From an uncultured Methanosarcinales archaeon (lineage in GTDB: Archaea > Nanobdellota > Nanobdellia > Woesearchaeales > CAZOXR01), in assembly GCA_964566535.1 (NCBI GenBank), contig CAZMIO010000012.1, forward strand, positions 1 to 33,455: a stretch of 33,455 nt of DNA, written 5' to 3'. The notes beneath the pieces are model-generated. The model ran no database searches, was not told the DNA's origin, and saw nothing but the letters and a program-made list of their open reading frames with translations. The position numbers and the translations under genes were made by a program. Of the stretch, positions 1 to 9,853 are shown piece by piece. Each line of letters opens with the position of its first letter. The first letter of the stretch is position 1.

Positions 1-2
1 CT

Positions 3-884
3 CATTTATGCGACTTTCTCTTAAAAGAGGAGCATAGTGTAATATGCATGGACAACTTAATAACTGGAAATAAAAAGAATATTGCTCACCTTCAAAACAA
101 TCAGAATTTTAAATTCTTAGAACACGACATTACCCAATTCATAAAAATTGAAGAAGAGATAGACTTTATTATGCATTTCGCAAGTCCAGCATCACCAATA
201 GACTACCAAAAAATCCCAATTCAAACTTTAAAGGCAGGATCCTTGGGAACACACAACCTTCTAGGCCTAGCAAACGCAAAAAAAGCAAAATTCCTATTGG
301 CATCAACTTCAGAAGTTTATGGGGACCCGCTAATCAACCCTCAACCGGAATCTTACTGGGGAAATGTAAACCCTATAGGCCCAAGGGGGTGTTATGACGA
401 AGCAAAAAGGTTCGCAGAAGCACTAACAATGGCATATCACAGAATACATGACATTGACACAAAGATTGTAAGGATATTCAACACCTACGGTCCAAGGATG
501 AGGGCAAATGATGGAAGGGTTGTACCTGCCTTTATTAACCAAGCCATAACTAATGAACAATTAACTGTTTTCGGAGATGGTTCTCAAACTAGGAGCTTTT
601 GTTATGTCTCTGATCTAATAGAGGGGATATACAAACTAGCTCTTTCGGACATTAATGACCCAATAAACATAGGCAATCCAGATGAACTAACTATCTTAGA
701 GTTTGCAAACAAGTTATTAAAACTAACTACTTCAAATAGCGAAATAATTTTCAAAAACCTCCCAATAGATGATCCGAAGACCAGAAGACCAGATATAACT
801 AAGGCAAAAAAACTACTGGATTGGGAGCCCAAGGTTAGTTTGGATGAAGGCCTAAATAAGACAATCAGTTGGTTTAATCAATAA
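3..884 (+). CDS. uxs: UDP-glucuronate decarboxylase (UDP-xylose synthase) family SDR, 5'-truncated by the window edge
   Basis: The frame is open upstream of the ATG at 48 ([22 protein letters not shown]), so the true start lies before base 1. Diagnostic motifs [47 protein letters not shown] and [12 protein letters not shown] are present. Confidence 0.9.
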   Translation, partial: HLCDFLLKEEHSVICMDNLITGNKKNIAHLQNNQNFKFLEHDITQFIKIEEEIDFIMHFASPASPIDYQKIPIQTLKAGSLGTHNLLGLANAKKAKFLLASTSEVYGDPLINPQPESYWGNVNPIGPRGCYDEAKRFAEALTMAYHRIHDIDTKIVRIFNTYGPRMRANDGRVVPAFINQAITNEQLTVFGDGSQTRSFCYVSDLIEGIYKLALSDINDPINIGNPDELTILEFANKLLKLTTSNSEIIFKNLPIDDPKTRRPDITKAKKLLDWEPKVSLDEGLNKTISWFNQ

Positions 885-1011
885 TCTTATTTGGAGGAGT
901 TCTAACACAGCCAAAACATTTTTATACACCTCAATTTTCCTATTTCTGTATTAATAAACTCGAATCAGTTTTTTTAAATTCACAAGAAGCATTTAATTAT
1001 TAATCGACAAA

Positions 1012-2130
1012 ATGAAAATATTAGTTACTGGCGGAGCAGGTTTTATCGGTTCATTTCTAGTAGACGAATTAATAAAAAAAGGACATGCTGTAAGAATCCT
1101 AGATAATCTTGAACCTCAAGTCCATCATCAGGGCAATATCCCTCCTTATTTGAATAAAAGCGCCGAATTCATTAAAGGAGACGTCAGAGACAAAGATACA
1201 ATCACAAAAGCCATAATGGATATTGATGTTGTATTTCATTTGGCAGCAATGGTGGGGGTAGGACAATCTATGTACCAGATTAATAGGTATATGGATGTCA
1301 ATACTTTAGGTACTGCCACACTTCTTGATTCTATTGTCAATTCAAATAACAATATAAAAAAGATTGTTGTAGCGTCTAGTATGAGTGCATATGGGGAAGG
1401 AAGTTACACTTGCGAAAAGTGCGGCATGGTCGAACCAGGACTAAGAGAAAACGAACAGATGGAAAAGAATGACTTTAATGTTTATTGCCCTAAGTGCAAG
1501 AGCGTATTAAAACCACTTCCTACAAAAGAGGAAAAAAAACAGGACATTAATTCAGTTTATGCCCTATCAAAGATGGACCAAGAGTTGATGGTATTAAATA
1601 TTGGAAAATCGTATGGCATACCTTCGGTTGCTTTGAGATATTTCAATGTTTATGGCCCAAGACAATCACTATCTAATCCCTATACTGGAGTTGCTGCAAT
1701 TTTTATGAGCAGGATAAAAAATAACAATCCTCCATTAATATTTGAAGATGGAAATCAAAGTAGGGATTTTGTATCAGTTCATGACATAACTTCTGCAAAT
1801 ATCCTCGCTATGGAAAAACAAGCCGCAAATTATGGGGCATTCAATGTAGGAAGTGGACGCCAAATAACCATAAAAGAGGTCAGTGAAACTTTATCAAAAC
1901 TCTATGGGGAAGAAGCAAATCCTTCAATAACTGGGAAGTTCAGGAAAGGTGATGTAAGGCATTGTTTTGCAGATATTTCTAGAATCAAAGATAAACTTGG
2001 ATTTAATCCAAAAGTAACGTTTGAAGAAGGGGCAAGAGAACTTATAAATTGGTCAAAGGACGTTACAGCAATAGACAAGGTAGAACACGCAACTAATGAA
2101 TTAAAAGATAAGGGGTTATTCCATAATTAA
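1012..2130 (+). CDS. NAD-dependent nucleotide-sugar epimerase/dehydratase (extended SDR) with a CxxC..CxxC insertion
   Basis: TGGAGFIG Rossmann motif, catalytic S (ASSMS) and YxxxK (YALSK), RYFNVYGPRQ; CEKC and CPKC lie between S and YxxxK. Confidence 0.88.
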   Translation: MKILVTGGAGFIGSFLVDELIKKGHAVRILDNLEPQVHHQGNIPPYLNKSAEFIKGDVRDKDTITKAIMDIDVVFHLAAMVGVGQSMYQINRYMDVNTLGTATLLDSIVNSNNNIKKIVVASSMSAYGEGSYTCEKCGMVEPGLRENEQMEKNDFNVYCPKCKSVLKPLPTKEEKKQDINSVYALSKMDQELMVLNIGKSYGIPSVALRYFNVYGPRQSLSNPYTGVAAIFMSRIKNNNPPLIFEDGNQSRDFVSVHDITSANILAMEKQAANYGAFNVGSGRQITIKEVSETLSKLYGEEANPSITGKFRKGDVRHCFADISRIKDKLGFNPKVTFEEGARELINWSKDVTAIDKVEHATNELKDKGLFHN

Positions 2131-2131
2131 A

Positions 2132-2848
2132 ATGTATGATAGTAAAAAAGTTTCAGTAATTTTTCCAGCATATAATGAGGAAGAAAATATTAAAAACGCT
2201 ATTGAAGATTTCTTTTCCACTGGCATTGTAGACGAAATTATAGTGATAGATAATAACTCTAAAGATAAAACCGCTGAGATGATAAAATCAACAAAAGCCA
2301 AATATTTTTTAGAGACCAAACAAGGGTATGGTCACGCTTTACAAAAGGGACTAAGTGAAGCAACTGGTGATTATATCATCACAGCCGAGCCAGATGGGAC
2401 ATTTACAGGCAAAGACATTCTAAAGTTACTGATATACTCTGATGATTTTGAAGCAGTGTTTGGCACAAGAACTTCAAAAGAATTTATTTGGTCAGGTGCA
2501 AATATGAACTGGTTCTTAAGACTTGGAAATGTTTTTGTCGCCAAATTGATGGAGTACTTATACAATGGACCTTGTTTGACAGATGTGGGATGTACAATGA
2601 AATTAATCAAAAGAGAATCCCTAAAAAAGATAGATTCAAAATTCACAGTTGGCAGTTCTCATTTTTCCCCAGAATTCATGATTTTATGTTTAACAAACAA
2701 GATTAAGACCATAGAAATCCCAGTTAGTTATGGTAAAAGGATAGGCCAGTCTAAAATCACCGGTTCATTTTGGAACGCATTTAAGCTAGGTCTAATTATG
2801 ATTGGTTTGTTATTCTCATATAAGATTGGCATAAAAAATGTTAAATAG
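2132..2848 (+). CDS. GT2 glycosyltransferase, dolichol/polyprenyl-phosphate glycosyltransferase (DPM/DPG-synthase-like)
   Basis: VIFPAYNEE, VIDNNSKD, GYGHAL, EPDG (DxD variant), TDVGCT, RIGQSKI; starts 1 nt after the upstream stop. Confidence 0.88.
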   Translation: MYDSKKVSVIFPAYNEEENIKNAIEDFFSTGIVDEIIVIDNNSKDKTAEMIKSTKAKYFLETKQGYGHALQKGLSEATGDYIITAEPDGTFTGKDILKLLIYSDDFEAVFGTRTSKEFIWSGANMNWFLRLGNVFVAKLMEYLYNGPCLTDVGCTMKLIKRESLKKIDSKFTVGSSHFSPEFMILCLTNKIKTIEIPVSYGKRIGQSKITGSFWNAFKLGLIMIGLLFSYKIGIKNVK

Positions 2849-4508
2849 AAAATCATCATTTTTCTTAGTCTTAATAATATTAATCTTTTTTTTATTTGTA
2901 ATTCCTCAACTTAAAAAACCCTTCTTAAATGATGAATTCTATTTTATTAATTCTGCAAAATCCATTAATGAAGTAGGTTATCCGATAGTCTATGATGGTG
3001 AACAAAAAACGGAATTACTGGGGGGGCTACATCCACCGTTCTTCATGCACATACTAGCTATCTCTTTCAAACTATTTGGTTCAAGCGAAATAATTGCAAG
3101 ATTAGTCCCAGTTTTGTTTGCAGTAGGTACAATTATTTTGATCTACCTTATCTCAATGGAGATATTCAAAAAGAAGGAAAATAAACATACTATAGCTCTA
3201 ATCAGTTGTCTTGTTTATGTTATAAATCCATTAGTTATACAAGGCTCTTTATTGATTGATATTGACGGAGGACTTTTAACTTTTTTGATGATGATGTTAA
3301 TCTACACATTTATCAAGACTGCCGGTAGGAATTATCTTCTCCTGTCATTAATAATGGTAGTTGCCTTATGGGCTAAAATACAAGCAATACTATTCCTAGT
3401 ACCTTTATTCTTATTTTATCTGTTAAACAAACGAATCAAGGAAGGGATAATCAATCTATCCATAATAGGGGGGCTATCAGTCGGAACATTTCTGGTAACT
3501 TGGTTCCTCTATTCAACAATAACTCCTCTCCATTTCAATATGCCCTTTGAACATTCATTTGGTTATATACAATTTTCAAAACCAGCTTTATTTGATAACC
3601 TTCTTCTTAATATATGGGCTATAAAGAATATGATTTTTTGGACAACCCCTCCATTTCTTTTATTAGTTTCAATAGCAACATACCAAAGAGTTAAAACATT
3701 CCTAAATACTAAGAAGGCCCTTTACATAGATCTTTTGTTGATTTATGGTTTAGTTATTTTGTTCTTCTTTATGATGATAAATACAATTTCTTATGGGTTC
3801 CCAAAATATCTAACTCAAATGATGCCTCTATTTTCCATCTTATTAGGGCATTTTATAGCCAATTTCAGATTTAAATCAAATTCAAAATTCCCATTTATCT
3901 CAATAGCATTAATTTTACTGCTTTTCTTATTTCATTTTTTAGTTATTGGTGACCCATTTATACCACATAATCTATTCTATACAACATCAATAAGTTTAGG
4001 TAACAATCTAACCACTTACCTTCTTAGCTCACTACATGGAAGCTTATATCTCTTACCTATTTTAATCACATTCATCATTTTATTGGGTTTAAGATACAAG
4101 TTTTATACCTCATTAGTATTATCCTTAATCATAGTCCTGATTGTTTCAGGTTTTTATATTGACTATGTTCAATCAAAAGCAGATTACTCGACAATTTATA
4201 ATTATGGTCAGGAGGGGTTTCTAGAAACTGCAGATTACATTAGGGCACGTACAACCAATGAAGACGTAATTCTCGCACCACAAGTCATAGCAGATTATGC
4301 AGGTAGGAAATATTACCATTCATTCTATTTCGATGCAGGGTGGATTAACTTTACTAAGACAATAAAAGAAAATGACCTCCCCTATCTTGTAATTGCACCA
4401 CAAAATAAATTCGAAGGTTATCACGATCTATATGAGTTTAGAATAGAAATTGGACATTTTAAAATCTATCAAAGAAAAGAAGACATCCTTCCAAATTCAA
4501 TCTCGTAA
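2838..4508 (+). CDS. Multi-pass GT-C fold glycosyltransferase (ArnT/PMT_2, GT39/GT83-like)
   Basis: DE motif after the first TM (NDEFYF), HPP motif, FGSSEIIARL, many hydrophobic segments, soluble C-terminal domain; overlaps the GT2 stop. Confidence 0.8.
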   Translation: MLNRKSSFFLVLIILIFFLFVIPQLKKPFLNDEFYFINSAKSINEVGYPIVYDGEQKTELLGGLHPPFFMHILAISFKLFGSSEIIARLVPVLFAVGTIILIYLISMEIFKKKENKHTIALISCLVYVINPLVIQGSLLIDIDGGLLTFLMMMLIYTFIKTAGRNYLLLSLIMVVALWAKIQAILFLVPLFLFYLLNKRIKEGIINLSIIGGLSVGTFLVTWFLYSTITPLHFNMPFEHSFGYIQFSKPALFDNLLLNIWAIKNMIFWTTPPFLLLVSIATYQRVKTFLNTKKALYIDLLLIYGLVILFFFMMINTISYGFPKYLTQMMPLFSILLGHFIANFRFKSNSKFPFISIALILLLFLFHFLVIGDPFIPHNLFYTTSISLGNNLTTYLLSSLHGSLYLLPILITFIILLGLRYKFYTSLVLSLIIVLIVSGFYIDYVQSKADYSTIYNYGQEGFLETADYIRARTTNEDVILAPQVIADYAGRKYYHSFYFDAGWINFTKTIKENDLPYLVIAPQNKFEGYHDLYEFRIEIGHFKIYQRKEDILPNSIS

Positions 4509-4547
4509 TCAATTTCCCCTATTTAGAACAAGGATAATTTACTCAAT

Positions 4548-5519
4548 CTAGTTGTCTTTCAACTTCTTCAATCTCTCCATATCAGCATCAACCATCATTT
4601 CAACTAATTCTTTAAATTTAACTTGGGGGCCCCATCCAAGGACAGTCTTAGCCCGAGAAGGGTCAGCAATCAACAAATCAACTTCAGCAGGCCTTTTGAA
4701 CTTAGGATCTTCAAAGACATAGTCTTTATAATCTAATCCAACACGATTAAACGCTACTTCAACAAGCTCCCTTACTGAATGCGTTTCACCAGTACCAATA
4801 ACTAAATCATGAGGTTTATCCTGTTGCAACATCATCCACATAGCCCTTACATAATCTTTTGCATATCCCCAATCTCTTTTCGCCTCAAGATTCCCTAGTC
4901 CAAGTTTATCCATCATACCTAACTTAATTCTTGCAACTCCATCTGATACTTTCCTAGTCACAAATTCCATTCCCCTTCTAGGGGATTCATGATTAAACAG
5001 AATTCCTGAACATGCAAAAATATCATAACTCTCCCTGTAATTTACAGTTATATAATGGCCATATACTTTAGCTACCCCATAAGGGCTTCTTGGATGAAAA
5101 GGTGTTTTCTCACTCTGAGGAACTTCTCTAACCTTCCCAAACATCTCACTTGAACTAGCCTGATAATACTTTATTTTAGAGTTCACTACCCTAATAGCTT
5201 CTAACATCCTAGTAACTCCTAACCCAGTAATCTCCCCAGTTAGAATTGGCTGATTCCATGAAGTAGGAACGAATGATTGCGCACCTAAATTATAAACTTC
5301 CTCGGGTTCTGATTCACGCAAAGCAGTAATCAAAGAATTTTGATCATTTAAATCTCCTTGAACTAATTCTATCTTATCCTTAATATGTTCAATTCTCTCC
5401 AGTTTCTCAACACTCGAACGTCTTATTAGTCCAAATACTTTATATCCTTTCTCAAGAAGAAAATCAGCCAAATATGAGCCATCCTGTCCAGTAATACCAG
5501 TTATCAGCGCTTTTTTCAT
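4548..5519 (-). CDS. gmd: GDP-mannose 4,6-dehydratase
   Basis: [69 protein letters not shown]. Start placed at 5519 (MKKALIT) rather than 5540 because a TATA box lies 23 nt upstream. Confidence 0.96.
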   Translation of the reverse strand: MKKALITGITGQDGSYLADFLLEKGYKVFGLIRRSSVEKLERIEHIKDKIELVQGDLNDQNSLITALRESEPEEVYNLGAQSFVPTSWNQPILTGEITGLGVTRMLEAIRVVNSKIKYYQASSSEMFGKVREVPQSEKTPFHPRSPYGVAKVYGHYITVNYRESYDIFACSGILFNHESPRRGMEFVTRKVSDGVARIKLGMMDKLGLGNLEAKRDWGYAKDYVRAMWMMLQQDKPHDLVIGTGETHSVRELVEVAFNRVGLDYKDYVFEDPKFKRPAEVDLLIADPSRAKTVLGWGPQVKFKELVEMMVDADMERLKKLKDN

Positions 5520-5542
5520 GAGTTTGAGAGATTTTAACATTA

Positions 5543-5550
5543 TATATAAA
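5543..5550 (-). promoter_or_regulatory. Archaeal-type TATA box (TTTATATA) for gmd
   Basis: Minus strand reads AAAAAA-TTTATATA, ending 23 nt before the ATG at 5519. Confidence 0.6.
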
Positions 5551-5595
5551 TTTTTTGGGAATATGCCCTATTCTCTCAAAGAATGCTGCTAAAAC

Positions 5596-5603
5596 TTTAT
5601 AAA
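5596..5603 (+). promoter_or_regulatory. Archaeal-type TATA box (TTTATAAA) for the GT4-asnB unit
   Basis: AAAAC-TTTATAAA ending 29 nt before the ATG at 5633. Confidence 0.55.
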
Positions 5604-5632
5604 TTAAGTTAGATTCTTTTCACCATACCAAT

Positions 5633-6826
5633 ATGGTCAAACTAACTATTTTGTCAACTGGATTTTTAAGACATGAAAAAGACACCAGGGGGTTGTCAGT
5701 ATATGAAATCGCAAAAAACCTAATAAAACAAGGTGTCGAGGTAGAAGTAATAGCACCAGCAGACCCAAAAACAAAATCAGAAGAAACAATAGACCAAATA
5801 AAAACATCAAGATTCAATTATTTCTATCCAAAATCAATGCAAAAGCTTGCATATGGGGCAGGCATACCTTCAAACCTTAAAAAAAGCATCTTAGCAAGAC
5901 TCCAATTACCTTTCTTCACATCATCATTCATTCTAAAATCGATAGGCAGATGCAAACATTCTGATATCATACATGCTCAATGGATACTTTCTGGCCTAGT
6001 AGGAATTATCACCAAATTTTTCTACAATAAACCAGTTTTCCTGACAGTAAGAAGGATAGTCCATAAAAGCGGATTAATGAAAGAAATAAACAAATTCATA
6101 ATCGAAAATGTCGACTATGTTTTCTTCAACAGCACATTTACTCAAAAGAAAGTACTTGAGTTCGCAAGGCCAAAAAAACATTCAGTACTACATCCAACCT
6201 TAGACACAAACAAATTCAATCCAAACTTAAAATCAGACATAAGAAACAAACTAGGCATAGACAAAAACAAAAAAATAATCTTCTCATTAGGATTATTAGT
6301 TGAAAAAAAAGGATTCAATCATCTGATAAAAGCAATCTCTCTGCTAGACAAAAAAGTCAGAGATAACTTCGTCCTAATCATAGGGGGACAAGGTTCAGAA
6401 AAACAAAAACTAGTCAAACTAATAACTAATTTAAACTTACAAGACAACATAAAACTTGTTGGAGAAATAAACTCAAAAGAAACTCCTCTTTACTACAACC
6501 TTGCAGATTTATTCATTCTCCCTTCAATAATAGATTCAAAAGGAGAAACAGAAACATTTGGAGTAGTCCTAATAGAAGCAATGGCGTGCGGTTGCCCAGT
6601 CATTGCATCCAATGTAGGAGGAATCCCAGACATAGTAACTCCAGAAGTTGGATTCTTAGTCGAACAAAAAAACCCAGAACAAATTGCAGAAAAAATCATA
6701 CACTTACTAAAAAACCCATCACTCATGAAAAAAATGTCCTCTTCTGCAAGGAAGAGAATAGTCACCAATTTCAACTCAGATAAAGTAGGAGAAGAACTAA
6801 TAAAACATTACAAACAGCTACAATAA
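5633..6826 (+). CDS. GT4 (GT-B) glycosyltransferase
   Basis: DIIHAQW, GLLVEKKG, ETFGVVLIEAMACGCPVIASNVGGIPDIV (EX7E motif). Confidence 0.93.
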   Translation: MVKLTILSTGFLRHEKDTRGLSVYEIAKNLIKQGVEVEVIAPADPKTKSEETIDQIKTSRFNYFYPKSMQKLAYGAGIPSNLKKSILARLQLPFFTSSFILKSIGRCKHSDIIHAQWILSGLVGIITKFFYNKPVFLTVRRIVHKSGLMKEINKFIIENVDYVFFNSTFTQKKVLEFARPKKHSVLHPTLDTNKFNPNLKSDIRNKLGIDKNKKIIFSLGLLVEKKGFNHLIKAISLLDKKVRDNFVLIIGGQGSEKQKLVKLITNLNLQDNIKLVGEINSKETPLYYNLADLFILPSIIDSKGETETFGVVLIEAMACGCPVIASNVGGIPDIVTPEVGFLVEQKNPEQIAEKIIHLLKNPSLMKKMSSSARKRIVTNFNSDKVGEELIKHYKQLQ

Positions 6827-6828
6827 AA

Positions 6829-8727
6829 ATGTGTGGAATATGCGGATTCAGTTGGGAAGATAAGAAGCTCTTAAAAGACATGATGGACATCCTAGTACAT
6901 AGGGGTCCAGATGACTCGGGCCATTACACTGACAAATCTGCCTCCTTAGGCCATAGGAGGCTAAACATCATCGACTTATCAGAAAAAGGACGCCAACCAA
7001 TCCATAACGAAGATAATTCAATATTTGTAACTTACAACGGAGAAATCTACAACTTCCAAGAAATCAGAGCAGAATTAGAAAAAAAAGGCCATAAGTTCTA
7101 CTCAAACACTGACACCGAAATAATTGTACACGCATACGAAGAATATGGGGAAGATTGCATTACTCACTTCAATGGAATGTTCTCATTTGCATTGTGGGAT
7201 TCAGAAAAGAAACTTTTCTTTCTAGCAAGAGACCGTGCAGGCATCAAACCACTATACTATTCAATAAAAAACAATCAGCTTATCTTCGCCTCAGAAATAA
7301 AAGCAATACTGCTCCACAACAACATAACAAAAGAGATTGACAACAACTCCCTCAACCAATATCTAACCTTCAGATACATCCCAGGAGCACAAACCATCTT
7401 TAAAGATGTAAAAAAACTCCTTCCGGGCCATACATTAACATACCAACTAGACAAAAAAGAAAACCAGATTGAAATAAGAAAGTTCTGGGACTTAAAGTTC
7501 TCACCAAAGAAAAAAACAACAGAAACATATTCAAAGGAACTAAACAATACATTAAAAGAAGCAATTAACAAACGGTTAATCTCAGATGTACCATTAGGCG
7601 CTTTCCTAAGTGGCGGACTTGACTCCACTTACTTAGTTGGATTGATGAACGAACTATGCGACCAACCGATAAAAACGTTCTCAATTGGGTTCGAATCAGG
7701 CAAAGGCTACGACGAAAGTAAATTCTCAAGGTTAGCTGCAGAAACATACAACACCGACCATAGAGAAATATTTGTAGGTGACAATTCAATTGAACTTCTC
7801 CCAAAGATCATGTGGCACATGGATGAGCCAATAGCAGACTTCGCCTCAATCCCAACATACATATTATCGGAATTCGCAAAGAAGAAAGTCACAGTGGTTC
7901 TGACAGGAGAAGGAGCAGATGAAATATTCAGTGGCTATAGAAAATACAAATACCTAAAAACATTCCACCCATACTATAAATCCATCCCCCTAATCCTTAG
8001 AAAATCACTCTCACCACTTTTCAGCCTCTCAAACAAACCATTAATCAGAGAAAGACTAAAAAAATTCCATTCAGCCTCTTCAATTTCAGAATATTATCTG
8101 CAATTAATCTCATTCTTCACAAAAGACGAAAAAGAAAGGCTAATCAATCCCCCCATAGCAAACAATTTCAAAGAGCAACCAGACCTATCAACAATCAAAC
8201 CATTCTTCAACAATTCCTCAATCATCAACTCATTGATGACATTAGATTTCAAAACATGGCTTCCAGAAGATATCCTCATGAAAGTCGACAAAACAACAAT
8301 GGCTCACGCACTAGAAGCAAGAGTCCCCTTCCTTGACCCAAATATGATCCATTTAGCTGAACAAATCCCCCATAATAAAAAATTAAGGTTTAACAAAGAA
8401 AAGTACATCCTAAGGCAGGCAATGAAAAACAAAGTCCCAAAAACAATCTACAAAAGAAAAAAGCACGGCTTCAATGTTCCAATCCACGAATGGCTCACAA
8501 AACCCTACCTAAAAGACTTATCTCAAAAGCTACTATCAAAAGAAGCAGTAATCGAAAGAGGGCTGTTTAATCCTCGTCATATAGAAAAACTTTTCAAAAA
8601 CTACAACAGTTCAAAAGTCTACTACAGCAGACAGCTCTGGATATTACTCAACTTTGAGATCTGGCACAAGATGGTCGTAGAAGGAGATATAAAAAAACCA
8701 AACTTCAACATTAATAATATCTTATAA
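6829..8727 (+). CDS. asnB: Asparagine synthase (glutamine-hydrolysing) family amidotransferase, probably glycan-amidating
   Basis: N-terminal MCGICG (Ntn Cys), HRGPD, LGHRRL, NGEIYNF, RDRAGIKPLYY, LSGGLDS, GEGADEIFSGY, LEARVPFLD. Confidence 0.93.
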   Translation: MCGICGFSWEDKKLLKDMMDILVHRGPDDSGHYTDKSASLGHRRLNIIDLSEKGRQPIHNEDNSIFVTYNGEIYNFQEIRAELEKKGHKFYSNTDTEIIVHAYEEYGEDCITHFNGMFSFALWDSEKKLFFLARDRAGIKPLYYSIKNNQLIFASEIKAILLHNNITKEIDNNSLNQYLTFRYIPGAQTIFKDVKKLLPGHTLTYQLDKKENQIEIRKFWDLKFSPKKKTTETYSKELNNTLKEAINKRLISDVPLGAFLSGGLDSTYLVGLMNELCDQPIKTFSIGFESGKGYDESKFSRLAAETYNTDHREIFVGDNSIELLPKIMWHMDEPIADFASIPTYILSEFAKKKVTVVLTGEGADEIFSGYRKYKYLKTFHPYYKSIPLILRKSLSPLFSLSNKPLIRERLKKFHSASSISEYYLQLISFFTKDEKERLINPPIANNFKEQPDLSTIKPFFNNSSIINSLMTLDFKTWLPEDILMKVDKTTMAHALEARVPFLDPNMIHLAEQIPHNKKLRFNKEKYILRQAMKNKVPKTIYKRKKHGFNVPIHEWLTKPYLKDLSQKLLSKEAVIERGLFNPRHIEKLFKNYNSSKVYYSRQLWILLNFEIWHKMVVEGDIKKPNFNINNIL

Positions 8728-8729
8728 TT

Positions 8730-9746
8730 CTACAGCCTAACTGGCTTATTAGTTCTAGCAGATTTCATGGCAGCTTCTGCAATCTCCATACTCTTAACAC
8801 CGCAATCACCATCAATAATTGGCTTTTTATTAGCAACAACACAACCAATAAAATGTTTCACCTCTTTATTGATAGAATCATTCAACAAAAGCTTAATATC
8901 GGAGATAAGATTAAAATCAGGGATATAACTTTTCAACCTATCCATTATCGAATTTCCCTTACGAAAGTCCCTCAAAACCACCTTCCCATTCCTCACACCA
9001 ATACACCTCCTGCTACCAATAACTCCTATGTCATCAGGCAATACATTAAAAGAATAAGAGCTGCCAATAACTCCCAAGGCACCATTCTTAAATCTCATGG
9101 TCATAAATTCATTGTTATTCAAACCATGACCTAAAACATCTTCAATTGTCTGGCAATATACTTCCACGACCTCAGACCCAACAATCCACCTTAACCAATC
9201 AATCTTATGTATTGAAGACTCCAGTGTCACTCCCCCACTAGTTTCTTTGTTCAAATACCATTCCTTCTCCTGAATATTACCAGAACCTCTAAACCAAGCC
9301 AATCTAACTTCTCCCAACACCCCTTTACCAATAATCGACTTAACTTCCCTAAAACTATCAGTAAACCTAAGATTAAACCCAATCATAAGCAGTTTATCAG
9401 CTTTCTTAGAAGATTCATTCATCTCTTTAGCATCATTAACATTCATTGCCATTGGCTTCTCACATAAAACATGACAGCCTTCAAGAAAACAATCAATTGC
9501 AATAGTACAATGAGTATGAGCAGGAGTTGTAATGCTAACAACATCTAATTCATTCTCAGAAAGCAACTTTTTATAGTCCACATAACCCTTCCTAACTCCA
9601 CTCTTCTCGCACAAAGAACTAACTTTCCCCTCACTCCTCCCCGCAATACCAATTATCTCAACATTCTCCAATCTCTTATAAGCCTTAATATGCTTAGAGG
9701 CCATCCTCCCAGCCCCAATTATCCCAACCCTAATCTTCCTATTCAT
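8730..9746 (-). CDS. Gfo/Idh/MocA family oxidoreductase
   Basis: RVGIIGAGRMA, ITTPAHTH, HVLCEKPMA, GFNLRF, SGGVTLESSIHKID. ATG at 9746 is preceded by GAGGA; the ORF track starts at the TTG at 9749. Confidence 0.92.
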   Translation of the reverse strand: MNRKIRVGIIGAGRMASKHIKAYKRLENVEIIGIAGRSEGKVSSLCEKSGVRKGYVDYKKLLSENELDVVSITTPAHTHCTIAIDCFLEGCHVLCEKPMAMNVNDAKEMNESSKKADKLLMIGFNLRFTDSFREVKSIIGKGVLGEVRLAWFRGSGNIQEKEWYLNKETSGGVTLESSIHKIDWLRWIVGSEVVEVYCQTIEDVLGHGLNNNEFMTMRFKNGALGVIGSSYSFNVLPDDIGVIGSRRCIGVRNGKVVLRDFRKGNSIMDRLKSYIPDFNLISDIKLLLNDSINKEVKHFIGCVVANKKPIIDGDCGVKSMEIAEAAMKSARTNKPVRL

Positions 9747-9853
9747 CAATAATCCTCAATAGAAAAACCAATCTAATTTAATTTAAAAAATTATCTATAA
9801 AACAAACTTTTTAAATCAAACCTGCTTATCGCCAACAACCGAGCACCTAAAAA

